Shown: positions 8,538 to 18,194 of the stretch, in pieces
Position numbering within the stretch: position 1 is the stretch's first letter
Layout of the letters: each line of letters opens with the position of its first letter
DNA from: an uncultured Elusimicrobia bacterium
GTDB taxonomy: Bacteria; Elusimicrobiota; Elusimicrobia; 2-01-FULL-59-12
Length of the DNA: 64,000 nucleotides
Assembly (NCBI GenBank): GCA_963702895.1
Contig: OY969767.1
Coordinates: forward strand, 2,560,001-2,624,000
Direction: 5' to 3'
Translations under genes and position numbers: made by a program
The notes under the pieces: model-generated
What the model was told of the DNA's origin: nothing
Seen by the model: the letters and a program-made list of their open reading frames with translations, nothing else
The model's database searches: none

Positions 8538-10352
8538 CCCAAATAATCCGATAAGCCACCCCTGACGTCATCCCCCGCGGCCGTCAGCGGGGGATCCATC
8601 GACGGCCTTGGTGTAGGTGTTGGTGGCGGGATCGAAGACGAAGGGTTTCACTTATTGGGTGAAAAATGAGGGGTCAACACAGGAGGCTTTGAAAAAGGGT
8701 GCAGCGCGTGATTTTACAGCGACGCGCAGAGGCAATAAAATACCTCGCAAGCCAGAGTGGAATCTGAACTGCGAGGTGCTTTTATGTTACTGAAGAACTT
8801 GGACGTATACAAGGTCTCGACGACGGATCAAGCGGTGACGAGTTTTGCAGGGCTGCCGTTGTTGTTGGGGACGGCACGGAGCCTGGGGTTGGAGGAGCGG
8901 CTCAATGCGCTGCCGGTGAAGGAGCGGGCGCGGGGATACGATCCTGCCGAGAGTATTTTGGGGTTGATGGGATCGATCCAGGCGGGCGGGGAAGCGCTCG
9001 AAGACATCGGGCTGCTGCAAGGGGACGAGGGGATACGGCGCTTGCTGGGGGATTTTCCGGCAGCGAACACGTTGGGCGAATTTCTTCGGCGTTTTGGGCG
9101 CAAGACGATTCATGGGTTGGGATGGGTCCAGCTCAAGACGGCGGCGAAGGTGATCCGGGCCTGCGAGCTGTCTATTGTGACGATCGATATCGACGCTTAT
9201 TTTTTGGAGTCACAGAAGGAAGGCGTCTTGATGAATTACGATGGACTGGAAGGGTATTGTCCGGTGATGGTCAGTTGCGCGGAGCTGAAGATGCCGCTGG
9301 CCGGGGCGTTTCGGGCAGGCAATGCGAGCCCGATGGCGAACCTGGCGAGTTTGTTGCGGCGGGTCTTGCGGCAGTTTTCCGGTTTGCGGATGAGGGCGCG
9401 CTCAGACAGCGCGGGGTATCAGGCGAAGGTGGTTCGGGAATTGGATCGGGCCGGGGTGGACTTCACCATCACGGCGCGCAAGGATGATGCCGTTTTGGAA
9501 GCGATTCGGTCGATTCCGGAGAAGGCCTGGAAGAAGTACAACTCGCCGGTCTATCCCCATAAGGGATCTGAGATTGCCGAGACGGTGCATGCTTTTGGGG
9601 AGGCGGACAAGGATATCGCCGCATTTCGGTTGGTCGTGGTGCGCTGGCAGCAGGAGCCGCAAGGCGAGCTTTTCGATAAGGAGCACTTTGAATACCATGC
9701 GGTGGCGACGCGGTTCACATGGGAACCGGGATTGGTTCTGCAATTTCACCGTAACCGGCAGGATGGGTCGGAGAACGTGAACCGGGAGATGAAGAGCGAG
9801 GGTGGGTTTGGATTATCCAAGCTGCCGTGCCGGGATTTTATGGCCAATGCCGCCTATTTCCAGATCGCGATGTTGGCGTCGGTGGTCACGGCAGCCTTCA
9901 AGCATTTGGTTCTGCCGAAAGCCTGGCAGAGCTTCACGATCCAGACGCTGCGGCACCGGCTGATCCGCTTGGCCGGGACAGTGTGCCGGAAGTCGCGCTA
10001 TCTGTGGTTAAAGATTCCGGAAAACTACCCGTTCCGGCGGGTTTTTGAAGAGGCGCGCTATGGCGTGTTGGGGCTGTCTGTGGTGATCGCGTCTACCGGT
10101 TGATTGACGGGACGGCGACACCGAAGGCATCGACGGAGGGAAAGAACCGAACAGAGGGTCGGAGCGGCGAAAACTGCCGCAAAAGGCCGACAATTGATCA
10201 GACGGTAGTCTGAACCGCCTCCGAGGGAAGCCAAGGGTACCCGAAGCAGGCGAGAAACCTGGTCGCCGCGGCGACCGAGCGGTGAAAAATTGGGACCTAT
10301 GTGTGGCCTACGTCAAAACGCAGCGCTGCAGAAAATTACCGGAGCTTTTGGG
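8538..10352 (+). mobile_element. Complete IS1380-family element with 7-bp target duplication ACGGTAA
   Basis: IRL CCCAAATAATCCGATAA (from 8538) vs reverse complement of IRR CCCAAAAGCTCCGGTAA (to 10352), 13/17 match; ACGGTAA at 8531-8537 and 10353-10359. Confidence 0.88.
8784..10103 (+). CDS. IS1380-family transposase (DDE_Tnp_1_4)
   Basis: TSFAGL, TIDIDA, FRAGNA, RSDSAGY, ENVNREMK...LPCRDFMANAAYF, TLRHRLIRLAG; SD GAGGTG before ATG 8784. Confidence 0.93.
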   Translation: MLLKNLDVYKVSTTDQAVTSFAGLPLLLGTARSLGLEERLNALPVKERARGYDPAESILGLMGSIQAGGEALEDIGLLQGDEGIRRLLGDFPAANTLGEFLRRFGRKTIHGLGWVQLKTAAKVIRACELSIVTIDIDAYFLESQKEGVLMNYDGLEGYCPVMVSCAELKMPLAGAFRAGNASPMANLASLLRRVLRQFSGLRMRARSDSAGYQAKVVRELDRAGVDFTITARKDDAVLEAIRSIPEKAWKKYNSPVYPHKGSEIAETVHAFGEADKDIAAFRLVVVRWQQEPQGELFDKEHFEYHAVATRFTWEPGLVLQFHRNRQDGSENVNREMKSEGGFGLSKLPCRDFMANAAYFQIAMLASVVTAAFKHLVLPKAWQSFTIQTLRHRLIRLAGTVCRKSRYLWLKIPENYPFRRVFEEARYGVLGLSVVIASTG

Positions 10353-10408
10353 ACGGTAAGAATTCGCTGGCACACCCACGCCCTCAAGACATATGCTTAG
10401 CTCTTCCT

Positions 10409-11440
10409 ATGCACCTGCGCCCACCATCCGCGCTTCAAAGGGTCGCCGCCCTCGGCGCCGTGGTCGCGATGCTGGCCGCGTGTGCCACTGACACCAGTAT
10501 GCATCGGACTCTGCAAGAGATGCAGGACTACGACGCCTACATCGCCAGTCGCGAGGCATTTCTTGCGAAGTACCCACAATCCGCGTATGCGACCAAGGTC
10601 CGCGACGAGATTATTCGCGGGGCTGCAGCGAGTGGCGATTTCGCCACGTTTCGGCGCTGGTTTGAGCGTCTTCCCGAGCCCGAGCGCAAGGATGCCCTGC
10701 GAAGTGGCCTCTGGAGAGCCGTCGAAGGGTGGCAATTCAATATGCGGCCGGATAAGACGTTGCGCCAATCTGAACTGACGAGAGCCGCCTTCATCCGCGA
10801 ACTTGGAAAGATGGGGTTAGATGTTCGCGACGCCTGCAAGCCATATCGGAGCGGCGGTCAAAACCTCTTCGAGAATCCTAAGCTGTACGAGGAACAGCCT
10901 ATACTGCTCGGTATCCTTGTCAAAATGGGTGCGGAACCAAATTACTGGCTTTCAAGAGCGATCGAAGACAATAGCATTGGCCTCGTGGAGGTTCTCCTTG
11001 AGCATGGCGCCCAAGCCAACGGAGTCGGAAGAGGCGGAGAGCCTCTGCTGATCGGGGCCTCTCGTCGAAACCAAGCCAAGATGGTGTCGCTCCTTCTCGC
11101 TCACGGCGCCGACGCCAACATACGCTGGAAAGACCAGACACCCCTAAAAGCAGTTGTCGGCCTCTGCGGCCAATACGAGGGCCTCCGCCCGCTGGAGATT
11201 CTTCAAGGTGCATCCCCGAAGCCACTTGAGCCTTCCCCCGCCCTCGTGAAGGCCCTACTGGATGCCGGGGCGAAGGCGGCGGACGTCGCCATCCCTAAGC
11301 CGGCGGAGCTACAGCGCTCCATGGAGATCATCACAGGCGATGGTAAGTCTAGGGTCAATGTGTCCACTCCAGTGAAGACCACGCCCGCATGCGAGGATGT
11401 GGCTCGGCTACTACAGAACGCTAGGTTGAGGCAGCGCTGA
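10409..11440 (+). CDS. Lipoprotein with ankyrin repeats
   Basis: Lipobox-like MLAAC; VEVLLEHGAQAN, VSLLLAHGADAN, QTPL, VKALLDAGA. Confidence 0.8.
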   Translation: MHLRPPSALQRVAALGAVVAMLAACATDTSMHRTLQEMQDYDAYIASREAFLAKYPQSAYATKVRDEIIRGAAASGDFATFRRWFERLPEPERKDALRSGLWRAVEGWQFNMRPDKTLRQSELTRAAFIRELGKMGLDVRDACKPYRSGGQNLFENPKLYEEQPILLGILVKMGAEPNYWLSRAIEDNSIGLVEVLLEHGAQANGVGRGGEPLLIGASRRNQAKMVSLLLAHGADANIRWKDQTPLKAVVGLCGQYEGLRPLEILQGASPKPLEPSPALVKALLDAGAKAADVAIPKPAELQRSMEIITGDGKSRVNVSTPVKTTPACEDVARLLQNARLRQR

Positions 11441-11515
11441 ATACACGACTGAGACAAGAACTATGCCCAGATCCTTGCCTGTACTGCACGGGGACGCTCC
11501 ATCTCCTCCTCGCCC

Positions 11516-11575
11516 GGCTTCAAGCGCGAGGCCAATACCTATAAAAACTTCGTCTCCGCCAAATCAACGCAGTAA
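11516..11575 (+). repeat. Direct repeat copy 2 (displaced 3' end of the Omp85 gene)
   Basis: Encodes GFKREANTYKNFVSAKSTQ*, identical to the Omp85 C-terminus. Confidence 0.95.
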
Positions 11576-11627
11576 AGGAACTTATGGCAACGTCTGACAT
11601 GGCCGGTGCTGTCTGTTGAAAATACGA

Positions 11628-13907
11628 TTACTTCCTCAAGGACTGAATGTGCTGCGCCAGGGCGGGATCAGGCGCGAGCTCTAAAGCGCGCTGGTAGTAT
11701 CCTGCAGCCAGGCCCGGGTTCGCAAGGACGCGCTCGGCAAAACTGGCCAGCTCGATCCAGCGAGCCGGGAGGAGGGGGTTCATCTCGACAGATTTTAAAT
11801 AAAGCTCGTGGATGCGATAAGACCCCTGGCTCGCGGAGGGAGATAGTGCAAGGTGGTGCGCGACCAGATACGGGAGGTCGGGATTTTTGGGGTCCAGGAC
11901 CATCAGTTTCTGAAAACAATCAGCGGCCTCCGTGAAGCGGCCTGTTAAAGAGCAAATCATCCCGACGTAATAGAGTCCGGAGGTGCTTTTCCCCCTCCCC
12001 ATGGCGGCCCTGCAAACAGGTTCAATTTTACGCAAATCCTCTTCTTTCAAACGACCCTTTTTCGCGAGCGCGTTGTATTGGGCTGAACAGGCGGCGTCCA
12101 ATCCCGGTCCATAGGAAGGGGCGGTTTTCATGAGAAGGTCTGCGACCTCCAGGGCCTCTTCGGTGTGGCCTGTGATATTGAGCCCCGCAATGAATTGAGA
12201 CAGCCCCTGCGCCGCCATCGCATGGAAGCCCGTGAGCAGCGAGGCCTCTTGAAGAATGGCATGGGCCTGGCGGAGAACCGGCTCGAGCGCGCTTGCCGGC
12301 ATGGGCGGGATATCCTCCCGGTAGCCTTTCTTGAGGAAAATGGTGCTGACTTCATCCAGATAGACGAGCCGCCAATCGGGAACGCCCAGGATCCAAAACA
12401 GAAAAGACCGCCATATCGTCGACGGATGGAGGATCACGACGGCCTGGAAATCGTAGGCTGCGTCTTCCGAGGTGAATTGACTGGGGGTCTCCAAAATGGC
12501 GATCTGTCGCCTGTAATGCTCCGGTGAATAAACCTCGACATAACGGCTGTCAATATAGGGACGAAAGCGGGCATCTTCCCACAGCATCTGATTGGTGAAA
12601 TCGGAGTCTGCAAAAGTTCTGGCCTCCACGAGATTTTTTTCGATGAGATAGCGGCAGGCTTTTTCAGGAAGGGTGAAGGGCGTGAGCCCGAGACCGGTCA
12701 AGAGTCCCTTGTTGAGCCTGAACAGATTCGTCCACATCCCCGCCGCAAACAAAAGCGAAAGAAAGACTGGGACGAACGTGACCCGGCGAATCACCTGAGC
12801 AGCGCCTAGGCGCGACAAGACAGGAAGGAGTTTTGGGAACAACCACCCATGAAGGCCGCGCGCCAGAGCCAAGAGCGCAAACGGCAGAATGAGAAAATAA
12901 GCCTGAATGATATTGCGCAGCATCAGCTCCCCAAAATAGAGGGTAAAAAGGAGAAGGACCGAATAGCCTTCACCAAGCGCACGCCTCCCGGCCCGCCAGG
13001 ACATGAGACCCAGCACCGCAAGGATCCCCCAGAAGATTTGTCCCTGCAGGGTGTTCCATGCGGGATTTCCTTCGCCAATGGTTCGCGTAAACATCGGATT
13101 CTGGGTCACTTCGTACAAATTGAGCGGGTAGCTCGCGCCCGCCAAGCCCCGCGGGTTCACAAGACAGGCCAGAACGACCAGAATCAAGATCATCGTCATC
13201 GGGAGTCGGTCTGGGTAAGGCTGTGAGGGCGCTTTGAACAGGCACGAGATCCACGCGGCCCCCGCGAGGGCGATCCCCAGAACAAACATGCCATGGGTGT
13301 TCACCCAGATCAGCTGTAAGACGGGGAGCAAGAGCAAGAAGCGAAATCCTCGATGCTCCTGGAACGCCTTGACCAAGACCAGGATAAAGGCAGCGGAGAG
13401 GATCTGACTGCATGTCTCCGGCCTGGGGACCCAGCGTGAGGAAATAATCGGAAGGAGCAAGATCAGCGCTGAAAATCCAAAAAGACGTTCCAGTGCGGCA
13501 CGGGAGGGTCGATCAAGTGTGACCGCCTGTAGGGATGACTTCTCGCGGGATTTGCCTGCCACGGACTGCCTGAGCGGATCCTGAACGCGATCGATCAGCA
13601 GACAAGCGGAGAGCCAGGAGAGGACCAGAGCCCCTCCCGCAAGGAGGGAGTGGAAAACAGTGGTGCCGGCGTAACCTGCGATCCTGGAAGCTGTATAAAG
13701 GAGCACTTCGTAACCCCAGGTGATGTCCATCCAGGGACGTCCATAAAACGTAAAAGAAAAGGGATCCATCTTGGGCACCCGTGCGTGTTCCCAGATCCAC
13801 CGGCCTGTCGCCAGATGCCAGAAGAAGTCCGTGTCGTTGATCGTCGTATGCGAGGCAAGCAAGACCAGCGCCATCAAGGCGACAGAAGATCGCAAGGTTG
13901 TTTTCAT
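11628..13907 (-). CDS. Polytopic membrane protein (GT-C-like) with C-terminal TPRs
   Basis: DTDFFWHLATGRWI...DPFSF, WVNTHG, YIDSR motifs; many TM helices; ATGA overlap with the upstream gene. Confidence 0.75.
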   Translation of the reverse strand: MKTTLRSSVALMALVLLASHTTINDTDFFWHLATGRWIWEHARVPKMDPFSFTFYGRPWMDITWGYEVLLYTASRIAGYAGTTVFHSLLAGGALVLSWLSACLLIDRVQDPLRQSVAGKSREKSSLQAVTLDRPSRAALERLFGFSALILLLPIISSRWVPRPETCSQILSAAFILVLVKAFQEHRGFRFLLLLPVLQLIWVNTHGMFVLGIALAGAAWISCLFKAPSQPYPDRLPMTMILILVVLACLVNPRGLAGASYPLNLYEVTQNPMFTRTIGEGNPAWNTLQGQIFWGILAVLGLMSWRAGRRALGEGYSVLLLFTLYFGELMLRNIIQAYFLILPFALLALARGLHGWLFPKLLPVLSRLGAAQVIRRVTFVPVFLSLLFAAGMWTNLFRLNKGLLTGLGLTPFTLPEKACRYLIEKNLVEARTFADSDFTNQMLWEDARFRPYIDSRYVEVYSPEHYRRQIAILETPSQFTSEDAAYDFQAVVILHPSTIWRSFLFWILGVPDWRLVYLDEVSTIFLKKGYREDIPPMPASALEPVLRQAHAILQEASLLTGFHAMAAQGLSQFIAGLNITGHTEEALEVADLLMKTAPSYGPGLDAACSAQYNALAKKGRLKEEDLRKIEPVCRAAMGRGKSTSGLYYVGMICSLTGRFTEAADCFQKLMVLDPKNPDLPYLVAHHLALSPSASQGSYRIHELYLKSVEMNPLLPARWIELASFAERVLANPGLAAGYYQRALELAPDPALAQHIQSLRK

Positions 13908-15097
13908 GAGCCTCTTTTCGCGCCTGGCTTGTACTCCGGGGGCCACAGGGTGAAAAGCCCGTCTTCTTTCAGGTCCGGCTCAAACAGGCGCCGGATGCAG
14001 ACATTGTCTCCCTGGCAAGGCGTGGTCTCGGCGATGTGCAGACAGGGGGAGCATGGAATTTTTTGATAAAGAATTTCTTCGTGAATGTTCGCAAGGGGGT
14101 CCAGGCGCGTGCTCGGGTCTGTCGGCCCCCAGAAGGAGACGCAGGGCACTCCGAGCAGGCGCGCCAGGTGCGTGAGCCCGGAATCGATGCCCCAGAATTC
14201 CTCGGCGCTGGCCAGGAGCGTGAGCGAGTCCGGCAAGGACAAGGCACCGCAACGGTGGGAGCAGGCCAGGTCTTGGCGGTCGGCTTTGAGAAGTGTCATC
14301 GTCTGCTCCGCCAAGTCGCGCTCCGCGCTTGCGCCAAGAAAGATCACCTCCGCGCGCGTGCCGCGCGGGAGGCGGCTCATGATGAAAGTTTTCCATTGGG
14401 ATGCGCTCAGCATCCGTTCCTTGCCGAAATCCGAGCATCCCTGGCCCACCGCGATTCGACGCACTCCCGTGGGAGGGGCGGCCTCGGGCAGGGCAAGTCG
14501 CGCGCGCAGATGCTGCCGGCTCTGGTCCCAAGACGCCGGTTCCGCCCCTAAAAGGCGCGTGATCTGCGCATAGAAGAGGTAGGCGGCAGAGGTGCGATTA
14601 AAGAAAATGAGGTGGGTGTTGAGATACTTGCGCCAGTAGACATTTTCAAGATAAAACCCGATACGGTTTCGTGCCATCGTCAAGAGTGAAAAGATGGTGG
14701 AAAGACGGCTGTAGACTTCGAGATCGATCAGGACATCCGCCCCAAGACACGCAGACCAGGCCCGCGCGCAGGACCATAAGAGGCGCAGGAGCGACCGCTC
14801 GTCAAGCACTTGGATCTTGTCGAAGACACCCAGCACCTCCGCAAAAGGGCGAACAGAACCAGAAGTCACAAGGACCAAGCTCGCCGTGGGATATCGCTTC
14901 CGGAGGCCCAGAATGGACGGGAAGGCCAACACAAGGGAACCGCCCCCTTGGTACTTGAAGTAAGCGATGGTCTGGATATGGTCGAGTGAGCGGCGGCGGC
15001 GTAAGACCTTGCCCAGCATCCAAGTGGCGGGACGCAGGAACAACAGAAGCGCTCCGCCCAGATAAGAGTCAATCCATCTTTTTTGATGAAACGTCAT
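13904..15097 (-). CDS. Glycosyltransferase family 9 (heptosyltransferase-like)
   Basis: GIDSGLTHLARLLGVPCVSFWGPTDP and CSPC...C...C motifs. Confidence 0.88.
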   Translation of the reverse strand: MTFHQKRWIDSYLGGALLLFLRPATWMLGKVLRRRRSLDHIQTIAYFKYQGGGSLVLAFPSILGLRKRYPTASLVLVTSGSVRPFAEVLGVFDKIQVLDERSLLRLLWSCARAWSACLGADVLIDLEVYSRLSTIFSLLTMARNRIGFYLENVYWRKYLNTHLIFFNRTSAAYLFYAQITRLLGAEPASWDQSRQHLRARLALPEAAPPTGVRRIAVGQGCSDFGKERMLSASQWKTFIMSRLPRGTRAEVIFLGASAERDLAEQTMTLLKADRQDLACSHRCGALSLPDSLTLLASAEEFWGIDSGLTHLARLLGVPCVSFWGPTDPSTRLDPLANIHEEILYQKIPCSPCLHIAETTPCQGDNVCIRRLFEPDLKEDGLFTLWPPEYKPGAKRGS

Positions 15098-15940
15098 TTA
15101 GCCTTCCCGGGCAAACAGCAGGCCCATCTCCCCTATATTGAATGGAATTGGGATTCGAAATGAAAGTCCTGTCCTGAGAGAAACCTCATTTTGCGGTCCG
15201 GCCCAGTGTCTGAAATGATGCCAAAGCATTTTCCAGGAAGTCCACTTCGCTGGATAAAAGCGTTTTTTTAAGAAAAACCCGTAAGGCCTCAAAAAGAATT
15301 CAAGACCCTGTTGGGACCAGTGAAACCGATGGTCGGAAAGACGATGCGGCCAAAAGCGTCCCATCACGCGCTCGGAAAAACATCCCGCCTCCGGAGCAAC
15401 GATCAAGAGCTCGGAGCGCTGCGCGCTGGGAATCATCCATTCCACAAAGGCGCGGGGTCGATCCAAATGCTCAAAACTGTCGGCAAAGATCCAGAGGTCC
15501 ACATTCTCCGGGAATTGCGGCGGCAAGCGGGAAGCCAGGAACAGCCGGTCTGCCGGAACACCCAACTGCTGAGCGCGGGAGAGATGGTCCTCCGAGGCTT
15601 CAATGCCATAGACAGAACGGGCCCGGCCCGCCAGGTCCATCAGGGTCCATCCTCCGCCAAAACCGACTTCGCAAACGCTTTTTTGCGACAAATCCAGGGC
15701 AAGCTGAGAAAGCCAGTGGCGGTGTGTGCGCGCTTTCAAGTGGCCTTCCTCGGGATCATCGTGGCTTCTTTGGGAAGCATAGGAGGCGTCGTAGGAAACG
15801 CTGGCGCGGCAGGCTTGCAGGTCCCAAAAGGAGCCGCAGGCCGGGCAAACTCTGCGCGCGGCGCTCACGGAGAGGCTGTTCGATGCATGGCCGCACAGAA
15901 GCTCGGCAGCCGGAGAAACAGAATGTTCTTGGGCTGTCAT
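15098..15940 (-). CDS. Class I SAM-dependent methyltransferase
   Basis: VCEVGFGGG motif I, DSFEHLDRP, N-terminal CxxC. Confidence 0.8.
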   Translation of the reverse strand: MTAQEHSVSPAAELLCGHASNSLSVSAARRVCPACGSFWDLQACRASVSYDASYASQRSHDDPEEGHLKARTHRHWLSQLALDLSQKSVCEVGFGGGWTLMDLAGRARSVYGIEASEDHLSRAQQLGVPADRLFLASRLPPQFPENVDLWIFADSFEHLDRPRAFVEWMIPSAQRSELLIVAPEAGCFSERVMGRFWPHRLSDHRFHWSQQGLEFFLRPYGFFLKKRFYPAKWTSWKMLWHHFRHWAGPQNEVSLRTGLSFRIPIPFNIGEMGLLFAREG

Positions 15941-15975
15941 TTTAGTGCACCATGCCCCCTATGTGGGCCAGGCCT

Positions 15976-17337
15976 TTATTCAAGAGTGATGCGCGAAAAT
16001 CCAAGGGAGGGCCGAAGCGCCTCGGGGATAACGACGGAGCCGTCCGCTTGCTGGAAGTTCTCAAGGATCGCTGCGAACGTGCGGCCGACGGCGACCCCGG
16101 AACCATTTAAGGTGTGCACAAACTCTTTTTTTCCATCAGCGCGTTTGAACTTGATATTCATGCGCCGTGCCTGAAAATCGGTGAAGGTGGAACAGGAGGA
16201 GATTTCGCGCCACCTCCCCTTCCTCTGTCCCGCGTCCTGTGTCCCGCGTCCCGCGCCTGTCCTGGACTCTGGACGCGAGACTCGGGACTCGGGACCGTCC
16301 TCGGAGGGTTCACCCGGCATCCACACTTCCAAGTCATAGGTCTTGGCGGAGGCAAACCCCAGGTCCCCCGTACACAAAGCGACGACGCGGTAAGGGATTT
16401 TGAGCTTGTCGAGGATTTTTTCTGCGCTTGCCGTGATCAGCTCCAGCGCTTGAAGGGAGTCCTCGGGCTTTACAAACTGGACGAGCTCCACTTTGTTGAA
16501 CTGGTGGTTGCGGATGAGTCCCTTCGTGTCCTGCCCGTAGGACCCCGCCTCGCGCCGGAAGCAGGAGGAATAGCACACGTATTTTTTGGGGAGGTCTTTC
16601 TCATCGAGCACCTCGTCCCGGTGGAGATTGGTGACCGAGACTTCGGCGGTCGGGATGAGATACAGGTTGTCCCGCTCAACGCGGAAGAGCTCTTCTTCAA
16701 AGCGGGGGAGTTGTCCTGTCCCTTGCATGGATTGAGGTGTGACCAGATACGGCGCAAAGATCTCGGTATAGCCGTGCTCCTGGGTATGGACATCGAGCAT
16801 GAAGGTGATGAGCGCGCGCTCGAGCGCTGCTCCCTGGCCCTTAAGCACGGGAAATCCCGAACCCGAGAGCTTCACCCCAGACTTAAAGTCGAGGATGCCC
16901 AACGCCTCGCCGATCTCCAGATGCGATTGAGGGACAAAACCGAACTCCGTTTTTTTGCCGACCTCACGCAGGACTTTATTGTCGGCCGCTTCAGCCCCCA
17001 CGGGAACCGAAGCGTCCGGCATGTTATTGAGGCGCAAAAGAAGATCGTTGAGTTTGGGGTCGATCTCGGCGAGCTGAGCTTCGAGGACTTTGATTTCCCC
17101 CTTTTTGAATTCCACCTCTTTCAGGAGGGGCGCGACGTCCCCTTTCTGGGCCTTCACGCGTCCAATTTGGTCGGCGGACTTGTTGCGCGCGGCCTGCAGG
17201 CGCTCGAGCTCCGCCAGAACCTGACGACGCTCGCCATCCAGGACATAGAGAGTGCCGATATCGAGCTTCGAGCGGCGATGAACGAGCATCTGCTCGAGGG
17301 CTTTCCTGTTTTCGCGGATCCACCGTATGTCAAGCAT
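15976..17337 (-). CDS. serS: Seryl-tRNA synthetase with a ~30-aa repeat-derived insertion
   Basis: MLDIRWIRE, YLIPTAEV, CFRREAGS, HQFNKVE, EISSCS, HTLNGSG. Confidence 0.98.
   Translation of the reverse strand: MLDIRWIRENRKALEQMLVHRRSKLDIGTLYVLDGERRQVLAELERLQAARNKSADQIGRVKAQKGDVAPLLKEVEFKKGEIKVLEAQLAEIDPKLNDLLLRLNNMPDASVPVGAEAADNKVLREVGKKTEFGFVPQSHLEIGEALGILDFKSGVKLSGSGFPVLKGQGAALERALITFMLDVHTQEHGYTEIFAPYLVTPQSMQGTGQLPRFEEELFRVERDNLYLIPTAEVSVTNLHRDEVLDEKDLPKKYVCYSSCFRREAGSYGQDTKGLIRNHQFNKVELVQFVKPEDSLQALELITASAEKILDKLKIPYRVVALCTGDLGFASAKTYDLEVWMPGEPSEDGPESRVSRPESRTGAGRGTQDAGQRKGRWREISSCSTFTDFQARRMNIKFKRADGKKEFVHTLNGSGVAVGRTFAAILENFQQADGSVVIPEALRPSLGFSRITLE
16219..16308. repeat. Heptamer tandem-repeat hairpin (GTCCCGC/GGGACGC type) in frame in serS
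   Basis: Coding strand GTCCCGA GTCCCGA GTCTCGC GTCCAGA GTCC...GGGACGC GGGACAC AGGACGC GGGAC. Confidence 0.9.
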
Positions 17338-17376
17338 CAGGAGCCTCCGAGGGCATCATGAAGGGGATTATAGATA

Positions 17377-17958
17377 TTAGGGGGAGAGGCGGGCGATCTT
17401 CCATGAGCCATCCGTCTTCGTGTAGAGAAAGCGGTCATGCAGGCGGCTGGCACGGCTGCGCCAGAATTCAATTTTTCTTGGGAGGATGCGGACGCCGGTC
17501 CAATGGGGCGGGCGCGGCACGGGCCCCACGCCGAACTTGAGAGCATATTTCGCCACGTCCTTCAAAAGGAGAGCGCGACTGGGAAGAGGCTCACTTTGCT
17601 GAGAAGCCCAGGCCCCCAGTTGCGCCAGACGCGGACGGGTTTCCCAATAAACGTCCGCCTCTCCATCGGAAACAACCTCGGTCTCTCCCTGGATGCGCAC
17701 CTGGCGCTCGAGCGGCACCCAATGAAAAGTCAAGGCTGCTTGAGGTGTCTTGGCGAGGGCCTGGCCCTTCACGGAATGCAGATTGGTATAGAACACGAAA
17801 CCGCGCTCGTCAAAGTCTTTGAGCAACACCATCCGCCCATCCGGGAAACCCTCGAGATCCACCGTCGAGAGGCAGGCGGCCGTCGCGTCCTCGATGCCTT
17901 TCGTGTGCCGCGCCGCCTCAAACCACGCCTTAAATTGTTCGACCGGATTGATCTTCAT
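17377..17958 (-). CDS. pdxH: Pyridoxamine 5'-phosphate oxidase
   Basis: RMVLLK, FYTN, RQVRIQG, AWASQQS, IEFW...RLHDR. Confidence 0.96.
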   Translation of the reverse strand: MKINPVEQFKAWFEAARHTKGIEDATAACLSTVDLEGFPDGRMVLLKDFDERGFVFYTNLHSVKGQALAKTPQAALTFHWVPLERQVRIQGETEVVSDGEADVYWETRPRLAQLGAWASQQSEPLPSRALLLKDVAKYALKFGVGPVPRPPHWTGVRILPRKIEFWRSRASRLHDRFLYTKTDGSWKIARLSP

Positions 17959-18033
17959 GAGAGCCTAGATTATACACGCCGAGAATATTCGATTGATCGA
18001 ATTCTATCGTCGCTGATGCCCGGACTTGATTGT

Positions 18034-18143
18034 CCCCCTCTCCCGCCGTGAGGCGGGAGAGGCTCAGGGTGAGGGCACGCTCGTTAAGCTCGACGAATAT
18101 CTGCCCTCACCCCCGCCCTCTCCCACGTTCCGCGGGAGAGGGA
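18034..18143. repeat. CCCTCTCCC...GGGAGAGGG...GGGTGAGGG double-hairpin palindromic repeat
   Basis: About 41 bp of the reverse complement (18102-18142) is identical to 25828-25868. Confidence 0.9.
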
Positions 18144-18194
18144 GATAATGGGCAAGCCGCGTTGCCGGAAACCTCGAAGACAAGGGAGGCGCGT

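Noticed and set aside
16219..16308. serS insert as an intein or self-splicing intron
   Set aside because: Far too short and lacks splice motifs; explained by heptamer repeats.
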